Below are positions 23,302 through 30,931 of a DNA stretch of 32,000 nt, one piece after another (position 1 is the first letter of the stretch; each line of letters opens with the position of its first letter). The position numbers and the translations under genes were made by a program. The notes beneath the pieces are model-generated. The model saw only the letters and a program-made list of their open reading frames with translations. It made no database searches and was not told where the DNA came from. Origin of the DNA: Candidatus Brocadia sp. (GTDB taxonomy: Bacteria; Planctomycetota; Brocadiia; Brocadiales; Brocadiaceae). The stretch covers positions 2,010,001 to 2,042,000 of the forward strand of contig CP091279.1 of NCBI GenBank assembly GCA_021650915.1. Reading direction: 5' to 3'.

Positions 23302-25419
23302 CTTACAGTTGGACAATTTTTTGCTGGACAAATTAACCAGAATCAAATTGAGGGATACTCGTTGTCAGAGAAACACCTATCAAAATATCAGCAAGCCTGC
23401 GTATTCCCCGCCACATTACTTCCACACCAGGCTCCCTGCCTTTGCCCTTTACAAATCCACCAAGCGGTGCAATAATAAGAATTGCCTCACGCAATGACAA
23501 ACTCTTACCCTTATTTGCAGCATATTCTCCACGGTATTTGATCAGTTTCAAAACTTCTACTTCCTGCTCACTAAAAAGCAAATCACTTGCAACCTCCGGT
23601 GTCTCTCTGCCTAGCATGGTTAAATACATCAACCGCCATGCTGTAATCATATCAATGGTTAAGCACCTCTCCAGCCTATCCAAACTCCCCAGCCTCCGGT
23701 CCTCACTCCTGCGGCCACTCTTTAATATCTTGTGAAACACCTCTATCCGAAATCGTACCGTATACCACTGCACCTTTTCACACGCCTGCTCAAAGTCCCT
23801 GACTTCTCTATTGGTTAACAATTTCCAGTCCAGCCCCTCTTCTCCCTTCGGTGGCGATACCTCTTTCGCTCGTATTGCCCACAGCCTTACCTCCTCTTTC
23901 TCCTTTTTGGGATGCCTTATCCTGACTTCCCGAAACCGTATCTCTAACTCCGCCTCTCTTTCTCTCTTGTCTTTCCCTTTGACAAACACCCTCATCCTAC
24001 CAACAGGCGCCTCTCTGTCCACGACTTCCCATACCTTGGCATCCTCACACACCCTCCTGTTATGAAAAGAGCGCACTAAGAATGAAACCTCCTCGTGGCT
24101 TGCCAGTTCAAACAATTCATAGGTATCCGCTTCCCTATCCCCCACACTCACCCAGTCCACTCCGGACGCCTCTTTCACGGCTCTGGCTGTCGCTTGCAGA
24201 CTCCTTAACCACTTATAACTCTCCTTCTCCTCGATCGGCTTTTGCTTTCTCTTTGCCTTCTTCCCGTGTTCATCAGGGTCTCTTGCCCATGTCTGCGCAT
24301 CTAATACCCCCAAAGGTATCCCGGTCGTGGTAAAGACCACCGTATCGTGCAGAAAATACCCATCCTCCCCTTGCTTCGTTGACAAACACCCTAGTCCCTC
24401 TGTCGCTTCATGGCCAGACAAATTCATGCTCGTCGTATCATTTACCGAAAGGACCACCTTATGCTCTCCGGCCCTCTTGAGGGTCTGCTGTATATGCGCA
24501 TCTAATATATCCGCCGGCTTTACCCCCTCATCCCCAAAAAATCGGTATGCCCCCTTCAACTTCGCCTCCGTGTTACATGCCATGGGTATCGGTGATGCCG
24601 GACTTGCAAAAAAATCCCGCACGATACTCATTACCCTTTTTTTCTTCGCTCGGTTGGCAAGCCTTACCCCCTGAAATTCTTCCTCCACCCAATCCTCGCA
24701 TCCTCTCTCTTGCCTTCCTGCTTCCAATATCCCCTCTTCTAACTCATAGACAAACACATGTTTCCTTGAAAGTCTCTTCTCATGATATCTGTCGTTCCTC
24801 CCTCGCCCTTGCGTCTCCCCCAAATACTCCCAATTCGACGCCTTATAACATGTCCCCTCATAACGCTCCTTCTCCACATAGCTCTCCACCAGGACGGGCA
24901 CCGCCTTATACGCTTCTTCCCAATCACTACGCAGCCTCCTGAGCGCCTTTGACATCACATGCGATGCAAGGTTCTTCACCCGCAACCACGGCACTATCAA
25001 AAATCGACTGTTGCTTACCACTTTCCTTAAACCACTCTTCCTCTCCTCTTCATCCCATCCTAATCGCTCATCTCGCACCTTTACTCGCCATGCCGATGAT
25101 GAAAACGACATCGCCCCTATCCACCCTGCCTCTGAACTCTTTACCAAATATTTTATCTGCTGTCCATACAACTTCGCTGAATGCAAATAATGATGCTCCG
25201 CCAACAGCTCTTTCCAAATACTATAGTTGGGATCATTTTTCCCTCTTACCAATACTAACCCGATCTCTCCCAATTGCCACAGCTCGTACTCCTGGCATCT
25301 CCTTTCGCATGTATATCCCCTATATTCAATTTCTTCGCTCTGGCTTACTTTTGGTATCATGTACCTTAGTATGCCATTTGTACTCCATTTTGTTCAGCAA
25401 AAAATTGTCCAACTGTAAG
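23302..25419 (-). mobile_element. IS4-family (Tn5/IS50-like) insertion sequence, ~2.12 kb
   Basis: It has 25-bp perfect terminal IRs CTTACAGTTGGACAATTTTTTGCTG (23302-26 / 25395-419), extendable to 31 bp with one mismatch. TCAAGAG is present on both sides (23295-301 and 25421-27). The interrupted sequence is contiguous in the paralogous repeat at 27347-27446. Confidence 0.88.
23333..25360 (-). CDS. fusion protein: N-terminal DUF4338 (DruA-like) domain + Tn5-type DDE transposase
   Basis: 675 aa. Residues ~50-215 carry the DUF4338 pattern: LLAEHHYL, IKYLV, SNSRFLIVPWLRV.NLASHV, DWEEAY and VLVESYVEKERYEGTCYKASNWEYLGETQGRGRNDR. Residues ~225-675 are Tn5-like: AYRFF, SVNDTTSMNL (D), VSVGDREADTYELF (D) and YTVRFRIEVFHKILK (Y-2-R-3-E-6-K spacing of the YREK signature). 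Confidence 0.85.
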   Translation of the reverse strand: MIPKVSQSEEIEYRGYTCERRCQEYELWQLGEIGLVLVRGKNDPNYSIWKELLAEHHYLHSAKLYGQQIKYLVKSSEAGWIGAMSFSSSAWRVKVRDERLGWDEEERKSGLRKVVSNSRFLIVPWLRVKNLASHVMSKALRRLRSDWEEAYKAVPVLVESYVEKERYEGTCYKASNWEYLGETQGRGRNDRYHEKRLSRKHVFVYELEEGILEAGRQERGCEDWVEEEFQGVRLANRAKKKRVMSIVRDFFASPASPIPMACNTEAKLKGAYRFFGDEGVKPADILDAHIQQTLKRAGEHKVVLSVNDTTSMNLSGHEATEGLGCLSTKQGEDGYFLHDTVVFTTTGIPLGVLDAQTWARDPDEHGKKAKRKQKPIEEKESYKWLRSLQATARAVKEASGVDWVSVGDREADTYELFELASHEEVSFLVRSFHNRRVCEDAKVWEVVDREAPVGRMRVFVKGKDKREREAELEIRFREVRIRHPKKEKEEVRLWAIRAKEVSPPKGEEGLDWKLLTNREVRDFEQACEKVQWYTVRFRIEVFHKILKSGRRSEDRRLGSLDRLERCLTIDMITAWRLMYLTMLGRETPEVASDLLFSEQEVEVLKLIKYRGEYAANKGKSLSLREAILIIAPLGGFVKGKGREPGVEVMWRGIRRLADILIGVSLTTSIPQFDSG

Positions 25420-25420
25420 A

Positions 25421-25476
25421 TCAAGAGGGGACGAAAGAAGTCCCCGCCCAGGAGGGGATTCAGGGGTGGGTTTAAC
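25421..25476 (+). repeat. E-repeat, right half
   Basis: tcaagaggggacgaaagaagtccccgcccaggaggggattcaggggtgggtttaacc is collinear with 27393-27446. Confidence 0.85.
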
Positions 25477-25688
25477 CTTATCATAAAAAGTCGCCGAAGG
25501 CCTAATTAAATGTTTAGGCAACTTCATCTCCCTGTTTCTCCCCGTAAACGGGGAGTGGAAACAGGGGGGAAATCGCCGGTGGTCTTGTTTTATGCGTTCG
25601 TGGTCCGACAGGCTTACCATGAAAGATATACTCAAGAGGCGTACAATTTGTGATTTATAAACTTGATACAGACTTACCATAATCTAAA

Positions 25689-25855
25689 GGGGTGGCACGG
25701 ACAAGCTGTGCTTGTCCGTGTTTTTGTGATACTGCTCAATACCTTGTGCTTGCAATGATCAGACTTGGTTTGTCTACCCAATTTTTAAAATAGATATTTC
25801 ATAAACAACGTCGTGCAAGTTCAACACGGACAAACAGAGTTTGTCCGTGCCACCC
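25689..25855. repeat. 167-bp MITE-like element bounded by two inverted hairpin modules
   Basis: The left module is GGGTGGCACGGACAAGC-tgt-GCTTGTCCGTGTT (25689-25722, followed by T5). The right module is the inverted counterpart AACACGGACAAAC-aga-GTTTGTCCGTGCCACCC (25823-25855). Confidence 0.65.
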
Positions 25856-25928
25856 TGTTTATCAATCTAAATATTCACTGATTGTAAACCTTTTGAGTAT
25901 AGTATTTCTGTCGGTTCAAGGGCTACGA

Positions 25929-26582
25929 CTAATCATACCGAACCCGCTCCAGGTCGGCCGCCTGCTGAATATCGGTGTCAATCCACTTCGTGTCAATAAA
26001 TCTGGCCTTGTGGAATACCGATTCGTTGAGCGTACATCTCTCAAAAGTGCAGCGGATGAAGGTTGCTGCGCGGAAAATGGCCTTTTGCAGACGACATCCC
26101 ACGAACGTTGTTTCAAGAAAAATCGATGAGGGGCAGCGGACAAAGAAATAATCTTCCTCTTCAAACCGGCAGCCTTGCCACCAGGTGCCGCTCAGGGAGA
26201 CCTCACGAAGCCTGGAACCACGGAGTTTGCAGCCGGAAAAAACGGACAGGCCAAACGAACTGAGTTCTCCCCTTGTCGCCTCAAACGTGCATCCGAAGAA
26301 ATGGCTTCCGGTAAGAAAAGAATTCCTGACCTCCAAACCCGTCCATGAGCAGCCCTGATAATGTCCCTGATCACACAAGACGTGGTCAACGGAAAAATTC
26401 TGGAAACGGGTACCTTGAGCCCGGAGATAACGGCAACGTCCATCCTGCATCGTGAAGGACTGCACCGTACTGCCGATCAGACGCCGGTTGGAAAAATCTT
26501 CCTGCGTCAGGTTTATCCCGGAAACGGTTTCCTGAATAAAGATCGTTTTGTCCTGACGTTGATTTTCTTCCGCATGACTCAT
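25929..26582 (-). CDS. pentapeptide-repeat protein
   Basis: 217 aa with runs of A(D/N)LxX-type quintets, for example CRFEEEDYFFVRCPSSIFLETTFVGCRLQKAIFRAATFIRCTFERCTLNESVFHKARF. Confidence 0.8.
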   Translation of the reverse strand: MSHAEENQRQDKTIFIQETVSGINLTQEDFSNRRLIGSTVQSFTMQDGRCRYLRAQGTRFQNFSVDHVLCDQGHYQGCSWTGLEVRNSFLTGSHFFGCTFEATRGELSSFGLSVFSGCKLRGSRLREVSLSGTWWQGCRFEEEDYFFVRCPSSIFLETTFVGCRLQKAIFRAATFIRCTFERCTLNESVFHKARFIDTKWIDTDIQQAADLERVRYD

Positions 26583-26612
26583 AATCGATAGAAATCCAAA
26601 ACTCCCTCTCCC

Positions 26613-27116
26613 TTAAGGAGCTTTTTTTCTGCCTTTCAGATATTTTCGATACCGTTCTTCACCGACACACTCGCTTCCCACCGGGCACTTTTCAACACAA
26701 CTTTCCGGCACTTCACGCTGCACCGTTTTCCCGCAAAGCTCACAGGCAAATTCATGCTCGAAACCGGCCACCGACGCCGTACCCTGCTTATGACAGTGCG
26801 GACACGCTACATCGATAATCTCCACCCTTTTTATCTTCTCGGCGCCGGGACACTGAAAGATGCCGGGTTTTTTCAATTTCTCTGCAGGAGGCGGAGTATA
26901 CTCCTTGACTTGTGAAATGATTTGGGTCGCCAAAATGCGAAGGGGCATGCGCTTTTCTCTCTTTAAAAATTCCTGAAGCGCCTTCATGGCCTCCCGATTT
27001 CCCTTTCCCATCCTCCCGATCTCTTCAAGGGTCTCCTTCACCTTTCCGGCATCACCTTGATACAATCCCTGCAAGAGTGGCTGAATACTGATAGCGCTGG
27101 AAGTAATGTCCTTCAT
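26613..27116 (-). CDS. hypothetical protein with C-terminal Cys-rich (zinc-ribbon-like) region
   Basis: 167 aa. The helical N-terminal half has a HEAT-like feel. CPHCH...CELCG...CVEKCPVGSECV follows in the C-terminal half. It is probably co-transcribed with the pentapeptide gene (30-nt gap). Confidence 0.6.
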   Translation of the reverse strand: MKDITSSAISIQPLLQGLYQGDAGKVKETLEEIGRMGKGNREAMKALQEFLKREKRMPLRILATQIISQVKEYTPPPAEKLKKPGIFQCPGAEKIKRVEIIDVACPHCHKQGTASVAGFEHEFACELCGKTVQREVPESCVEKCPVGSECVGEERYRKYLKGRKKAP

Positions 27117-27346
27117 GATGACACGATATCCTGGTTTATGAGACGGTTCGTTCCTTGACTGGGAAAATACGGTATTTTCAACAACAGGTCAAGAGAAATT
27201 TTGGCAGATGCGAAACGAATTACTGCAAACCAGCCGGAGGCATTTTCTCTGTCTTGTGTTTTGAGACATTATCAGTAAAATTATCATAACCTTTTTAGAA
27301 ATTGGTTGCAGACAGTTACATTCCTGCGTTGTCTCTGTTTCCCCCG

Positions 27347-27446
27347 GGAATTTCAAATTTTCTGCTCCTGCCTTACACACCCCCAACCCCTCTCAAGAGG
27401 GGACTAAGAAGTCCACTCCTGGGAGGGGATAAAGGGGTGGGTAACG
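27347..27446 (+). repeat. E-repeat, intact copy (~100 bp, G/C-tract hairpins)
   Basis: It contains the CCCCTC-tcaa-GAGGGG hairpin (27387-27402), followed by ...tccactcctgggaggggataaaggggtgggtaac. It is the uninterrupted equivalent of 23247-23301 + 25421-25476. Confidence 0.85.
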
Positions 27447-27515
27447 TTCTCTCGTATACAAGAAAAGCCGTTAAGTTCTGTAAAAATAAAATAAATCCCA
27501 TAGCACAGCACTGCT

Positions 27516-27703
27516 GCAACCAATTCTCCGTTGTGAAAGCGGGAGATTGCTTCGGATAAGACCCTCGCAATGACACTGGATATGTCTTTGATGACATACA
27601 GTGCGTCGTCATTGCGAACGAAGCAAAGCAATCCTTCTCTTATAAATAAACGGTACCTTCTGATAAGGGGTAAATAAGGTTGCGAAAAAACTTGCAAAAA
27701 AAG
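27516..27703 (+). repeat. R-repeat, intact copy (~190 bp)
   Basis: It is the uninterrupted equivalent of 20676-20772 + 22278-22370. It contains the 10-bp inverted pair tcgcaatgac (27565-74) / gtcattgcga (27608-17). The IS110-family insertion point corresponds to 27612|27613. Confidence 0.85.
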
Positions 27704-27761
27704 AAAGATTTTATACGGTAATATTACAGACTCGTTTGGACATTGTGTCAGGAGGATATGT

Positions 27762-29576
27762 GTGGCATTGATAAGCTTGCAGGACGTAACGATAGGCTTT
27801 GGAAGACCGGCGCTGATTGAACATGCGAGTTTGCAGATTGAACGGGGTGAAAGGGTGTGTCTGCTTGGCCGTAATGGCGCTGGCAAGTCCACCCTGCTCA
27901 AGCTGATCAACGGCGATCTGATACCCGACTCAGGCGAGATTGTCCGGCAAAAGGGGCTGCATACCGCCTATCTTTCCCAGGAAATTCCCGGAGAGGTGCA
28001 CGGCACGGTGTTCGATATCGTATCTGCGGGGTTCGGGATGCAGGTGCGTGGCGCTTCTCCGCAAGATATTGCTCCTGATCCGAAAAGGCGCCATCGGGTG
28101 GAAAAGATCATTTCGCAGATGCAATTAAATGCCGACGCTGAATTTAACGCACTTTCCGCCGGCCTCAAACGCCGGGCGCTGCTTGCCAGGGGGCTGGTGT
28201 GTGACCCTGATATCCTGCTGCTCGATGAGCCAACCAACCATTTAGACGTCGATTCAATCACCTGGCTGGAGGAGTTTCTCCTGCGGTATGGAGGAACGCT
28301 GCTTTTCGTTACCCATGATCGCACATTTCTGAAAGAACTGGCCACCCGCATTCTTGAACTTGACCGGGGAAGGCTTTCGAGCTGGGCGTGTGACTATGAG
28401 ACCTTTCTTGAACGCAAACAGGCCGTCCTCGACGCCGAAGAGAGTCAGCAGGCCGTTTTTGACAAAAAACTGGCGCAGGAAGAGATATGGATCCGGCAGG
28501 GCATCAAGGCGCGCCGTACCAGAAACGAAGGACGGGTTCGGTCGCTGGAAGATATGCGCAAGGCCAGGCGGGAACGACGGCAGGTTATGGGCACGGTGCG
28601 CATGCAAACCCAGGATGCCGAGCGGTCTGGCGCGCTCGTGATAAAGGTTGAAGATATCGTCTATAGCTACGACGCCAAACCGGTTGTCAGTAGTTTTTCC
28701 GCAACGATTATGCGGGGCGACAAGATCGGGATTATCGGCCCTAATGGTGCGGGCAAAACCACGCTTCTGCGGCTTCTTTTGGGAGAATTGACTCCCCAGC
28801 AGGGCAGCGTGCGTCATGGCGCCCGCCGCAACATTACCTATTTCGATCAGCTTCGCGCCCAATTGAAAGAGGATAAATCGGTTTTTGATAATATCGGGGA
28901 CGGGAACGACGTCATCATCTTTAACGGCAAACCGCGGCACGTTATCAGCTATTTGCAGGATTTTCTCTTTTCTCCCGATCGTGTTCGGGTGCCCGTGAAT
29001 GCCCTTTCAGGCGGAGAGCGCAACCGACTCCTCCTGGCGCGGCTCTTTGCCCGGCCGTCCAACGTCCTTGTGATGGATGAACCCACGAACGATCTGGACT
29101 TAGAGACCCTGGAGCTTTTGGAAGAATTGCTTTTAGACTATCAGGGCACCCTTCTCCTCGTCAGCCATGACCGTACCTTTCTGAACAATGTGGTAACCAG
29201 TACCTTTGTGCTTGAAGGGGAAGGGAGGGTGCGTGAGTATGTCGGCGGATATGACGATTGGCAACGCCAGAGCAAAGAAAAACGGGACGACGGTACGGAG
29301 AAAACTCCTGCGAAGACAGAACCGGTGCGGCGGCAACGTGAACGGCCCCGCAAGCTTACCTTTAAGGAGCAACGTGAACTGGAGGCCTTGCCACAACGTA
29401 TTGAAGACCTGGAAGCAGAACAACATCAATTGTATCAAGCCATGAGCGACCCCCTGTTTTTTCAAAAGGGGAAAGAAGAGATCGCAAACATCAAGGCAAG
29501 GGCATCTTCTCTGACAGGTGAATTGGCAGAGGCCTATCAACGATGGGAGACATTGGAAGGCCTCCGCGAACCGTAA
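27762..29576 (+). CDS. uup: ABC-F family ATPase (Uup-like), two ABC domains plus C-terminal coiled-coil
   Basis: 604 aa with a GTG start 6 nt after GGAGGA. Walker A motifs are GRNGAGKST and GPNGAGKTT; signature motifs are LSAGLKRR and LSGGERNR. There are no TM segments. The basic/coiled-coil tail reads RQRERPRKLTFKEQRELEALPQRIEDLEAEQ. Confidence 0.9.
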   Translation: MALISLQDVTIGFGRPALIEHASLQIERGERVCLLGRNGAGKSTLLKLINGDLIPDSGEIVRQKGLHTAYLSQEIPGEVHGTVFDIVSAGFGMQVRGASPQDIAPDPKRRHRVEKIISQMQLNADAEFNALSAGLKRRALLARGLVCDPDILLLDEPTNHLDVDSITWLEEFLLRYGGTLLFVTHDRTFLKELATRILELDRGRLSSWACDYETFLERKQAVLDAEESQQAVFDKKLAQEEIWIRQGIKARRTRNEGRVRSLEDMRKARRERRQVMGTVRMQTQDAERSGALVIKVEDIVYSYDAKPVVSSFSATIMRGDKIGIIGPNGAGKTTLLRLLLGELTPQQGSVRHGARRNITYFDQLRAQLKEDKSVFDNIGDGNDVIIFNGKPRHVISYLQDFLFSPDRVRVPVNALSGGERNRLLLARLFARPSNVLVMDEPTNDLDLETLELLEELLLDYQGTLLLVSHDRTFLNNVVTSTFVLEGEGRVREYVGGYDDWQRQSKEKRDDGTEKTPAKTEPVRRQRERPRKLTFKEQRELEALPQRIEDLEAEQHQLYQAMSDPLFFQKGKEEIANIKARASSLTGELAEAYQRWETLEGLREP

Positions 29577-29702
29577 CGTTTTGATATTGCAACGGATGCT
29601 CACACCGGACTGGCAATTCGATTTTTACAATGAGTGTCTTTGCCACAACGTGGCATATATTCTTTATGGCGATAGGGTTCACCTATCGCCATACAATCCC
29701 TT

Positions 29703-30659
29703 TTATTCCGTTTTGATGGATTGCAAAAGGAGATGCGACAATATGATATTATGCATACCGTAAGACCGGAGAAATTGCAGGAATTTTTGCCGGTTATGAA
29801 GATCTACCGGTGAATATATCTTTTGTTGCGCCGATGCCGCCGGATCTTTCCCTCCTGCATCATGCAATTGCGGGATATCGCGGGCAAGGATTTGAGAAGT
29901 TGCCTCCATCAATTGTGAAACAAGAAGAGTGTCCGGGTGATGAGTCGTGTGCTGATTTCCAGGGGTGGTATCCGTCTCTTCTTCCTCGTATTGCATGCAT
30001 GCATTATGAAGTATTTCTTTCCAGATATCATAAATCTTCCCGTAACTATCACTCGAGTCGTGACATTCAATACACTTCTGCCGCGCTGGCTTAAATGCCG
30101 TTCCGTCATACGTCAGTTGATGGCATCCGGTGCAGGAAACATCTCTGACCATAATATCCGGCACTTTTGCATTAAACCCCTTGATATTTCCTTCCCGGTA
30201 TTCCTGTATACCCACATGGCAACGACGGCAATCTTCCACGTCCTTTTCCTTATGATGACAGGCCAGGCAATCCTCATCCTGCACAATGAGTTTGCCGTGG
30301 GTTTCTGTGCCAACAGCGCTGTTCGTATGACAGAGATCACAGTCAAATCCCTTGCCGGGAGAATGGGCCCGATGGCTGAAAATCCTTTTTTGATAAGGAG
30401 CTTCATAGGCAAGATAATTCACATGACATCGATCAATGCAGGAATGAGTAACCGCCGGGTAGTTGGACTGCATTACCTTGTTCTTATGGTTTTCCCCCGT
30501 GTTTTTCTCAACCCTATTTTCATCTCCGGTAATGTACGCCATTTCAGATGGCGGACCGGGAAACATTTTGTCTGCTTTGTGGCTATTGCTACCGCCGATT
30601 GCAAGATGCTGCACGAAAACGAGCAGGTGGCACAGGGAGATGGCAAACCATAGAAACAT
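29703..30659 (-). CDS. multiheme c-type cytochrome (5 CxxCH + 1 CxxxCH)
   Basis: ORF 29703..30737 is trimmed to MFLWFAISLCHLLVFVQHLAIGG (signal-like; GGAG 6 nt upstream of ATG 30659). Heme motifs are CDLCH, CLACH, CRRCH, CTGCH and CIECH, plus CIDRCH. Confidence 0.85.
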   Translation of the reverse strand: MFLWFAISLCHLLVFVQHLAIGGSNSHKADKMFPGPPSEMAYITGDENRVEKNTGENHKNKVMQSNYPAVTHSCIDRCHVNYLAYEAPYQKRIFSHRAHSPGKGFDCDLCHTNSAVGTETHGKLIVQDEDCLACHHKEKDVEDCRRCHVGIQEYREGNIKGFNAKVPDIMVRDVSCTGCHQLTYDGTAFKPARQKCIECHDSSDSYGKIYDIWKEILHNACMQYEEEETDTTPGNQHTTHHPDTLLVSQLMEATSQILARDIPQLHDAGGKDPAASAQQKIYSPVDLHNRQKFLQFLRSYGMHNIILSHLLLQSIKTE

Positions 30660-30739
30660 GTCGAGCTCCGGAAATGTTGATTTTTTGTAACAATTCAGCG
30701 TACTTTCGCTCACAGTCACCACGAGTGAATAAAACATTG

Positions 30740-30905
30740 ATGCTATAATCCCGAAGGGATGTCATGATTATAGCATAGTGTTATATAATTATGGTTGACC
30801 CCGTGGGGGTGGCATAATATCGCCATTTTCCTGATATTTCACCCCTGCGGGGTTGAATATGGCGGTGCGTTTTTTCTATAGTCATGTCATCCCTTCGGGA
30901 TTTTT
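30740..30905. repeat. ~165-bp palindromic (MITE-like) element between the two multiheme cytochrome genes
   Basis: The terminal arms are AATCCCGAAGGGATGtCATGA (30747-67) and TCATGtCATCCCTTCGGGATT (30882-30902). Internal small hairpins include atgctataatc/gattatagcat, cccc-gt-gggg and cccc-tgc-gggg. Confidence 0.7.
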
Positions 30906-30931
30906 CAAGAAGCTAAATTGTTACTAAGATT

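Noticed and set aside
25530-25566. A CRISPR-repeat-like hairpin, ccctgtttctccccgtaaacggggagtggaaacaggg (it ends in ...GGAAAC and has a stem-loop core).
   Set aside because: It is a single copy with no spacer-repeat periodicity anywhere in the window and no cas genes. It is treated as an isolated hairpin next to the E-repeat half.
25366-25680. The 104-aa minus-strand ORF downstream of the Tn5-like IS.
   Set aside because: It spans the IS terminal IR, the E-repeat half and the isolated hairpin. It has no RBS and no recognisable fold.
28254-28940. The 228-aa minus-strand ORF. Similar long antisense ORFs are 3734..4252, 18388..19089, 29937..30653, 12480..13043 and 13518..14165.
   Set aside because: Each is antisense to a gene with clear family motifs (uup, hsp20, the IS1634 transposase, the multiheme cytochrome, the PDZ protein). 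They lack motifs of their own.
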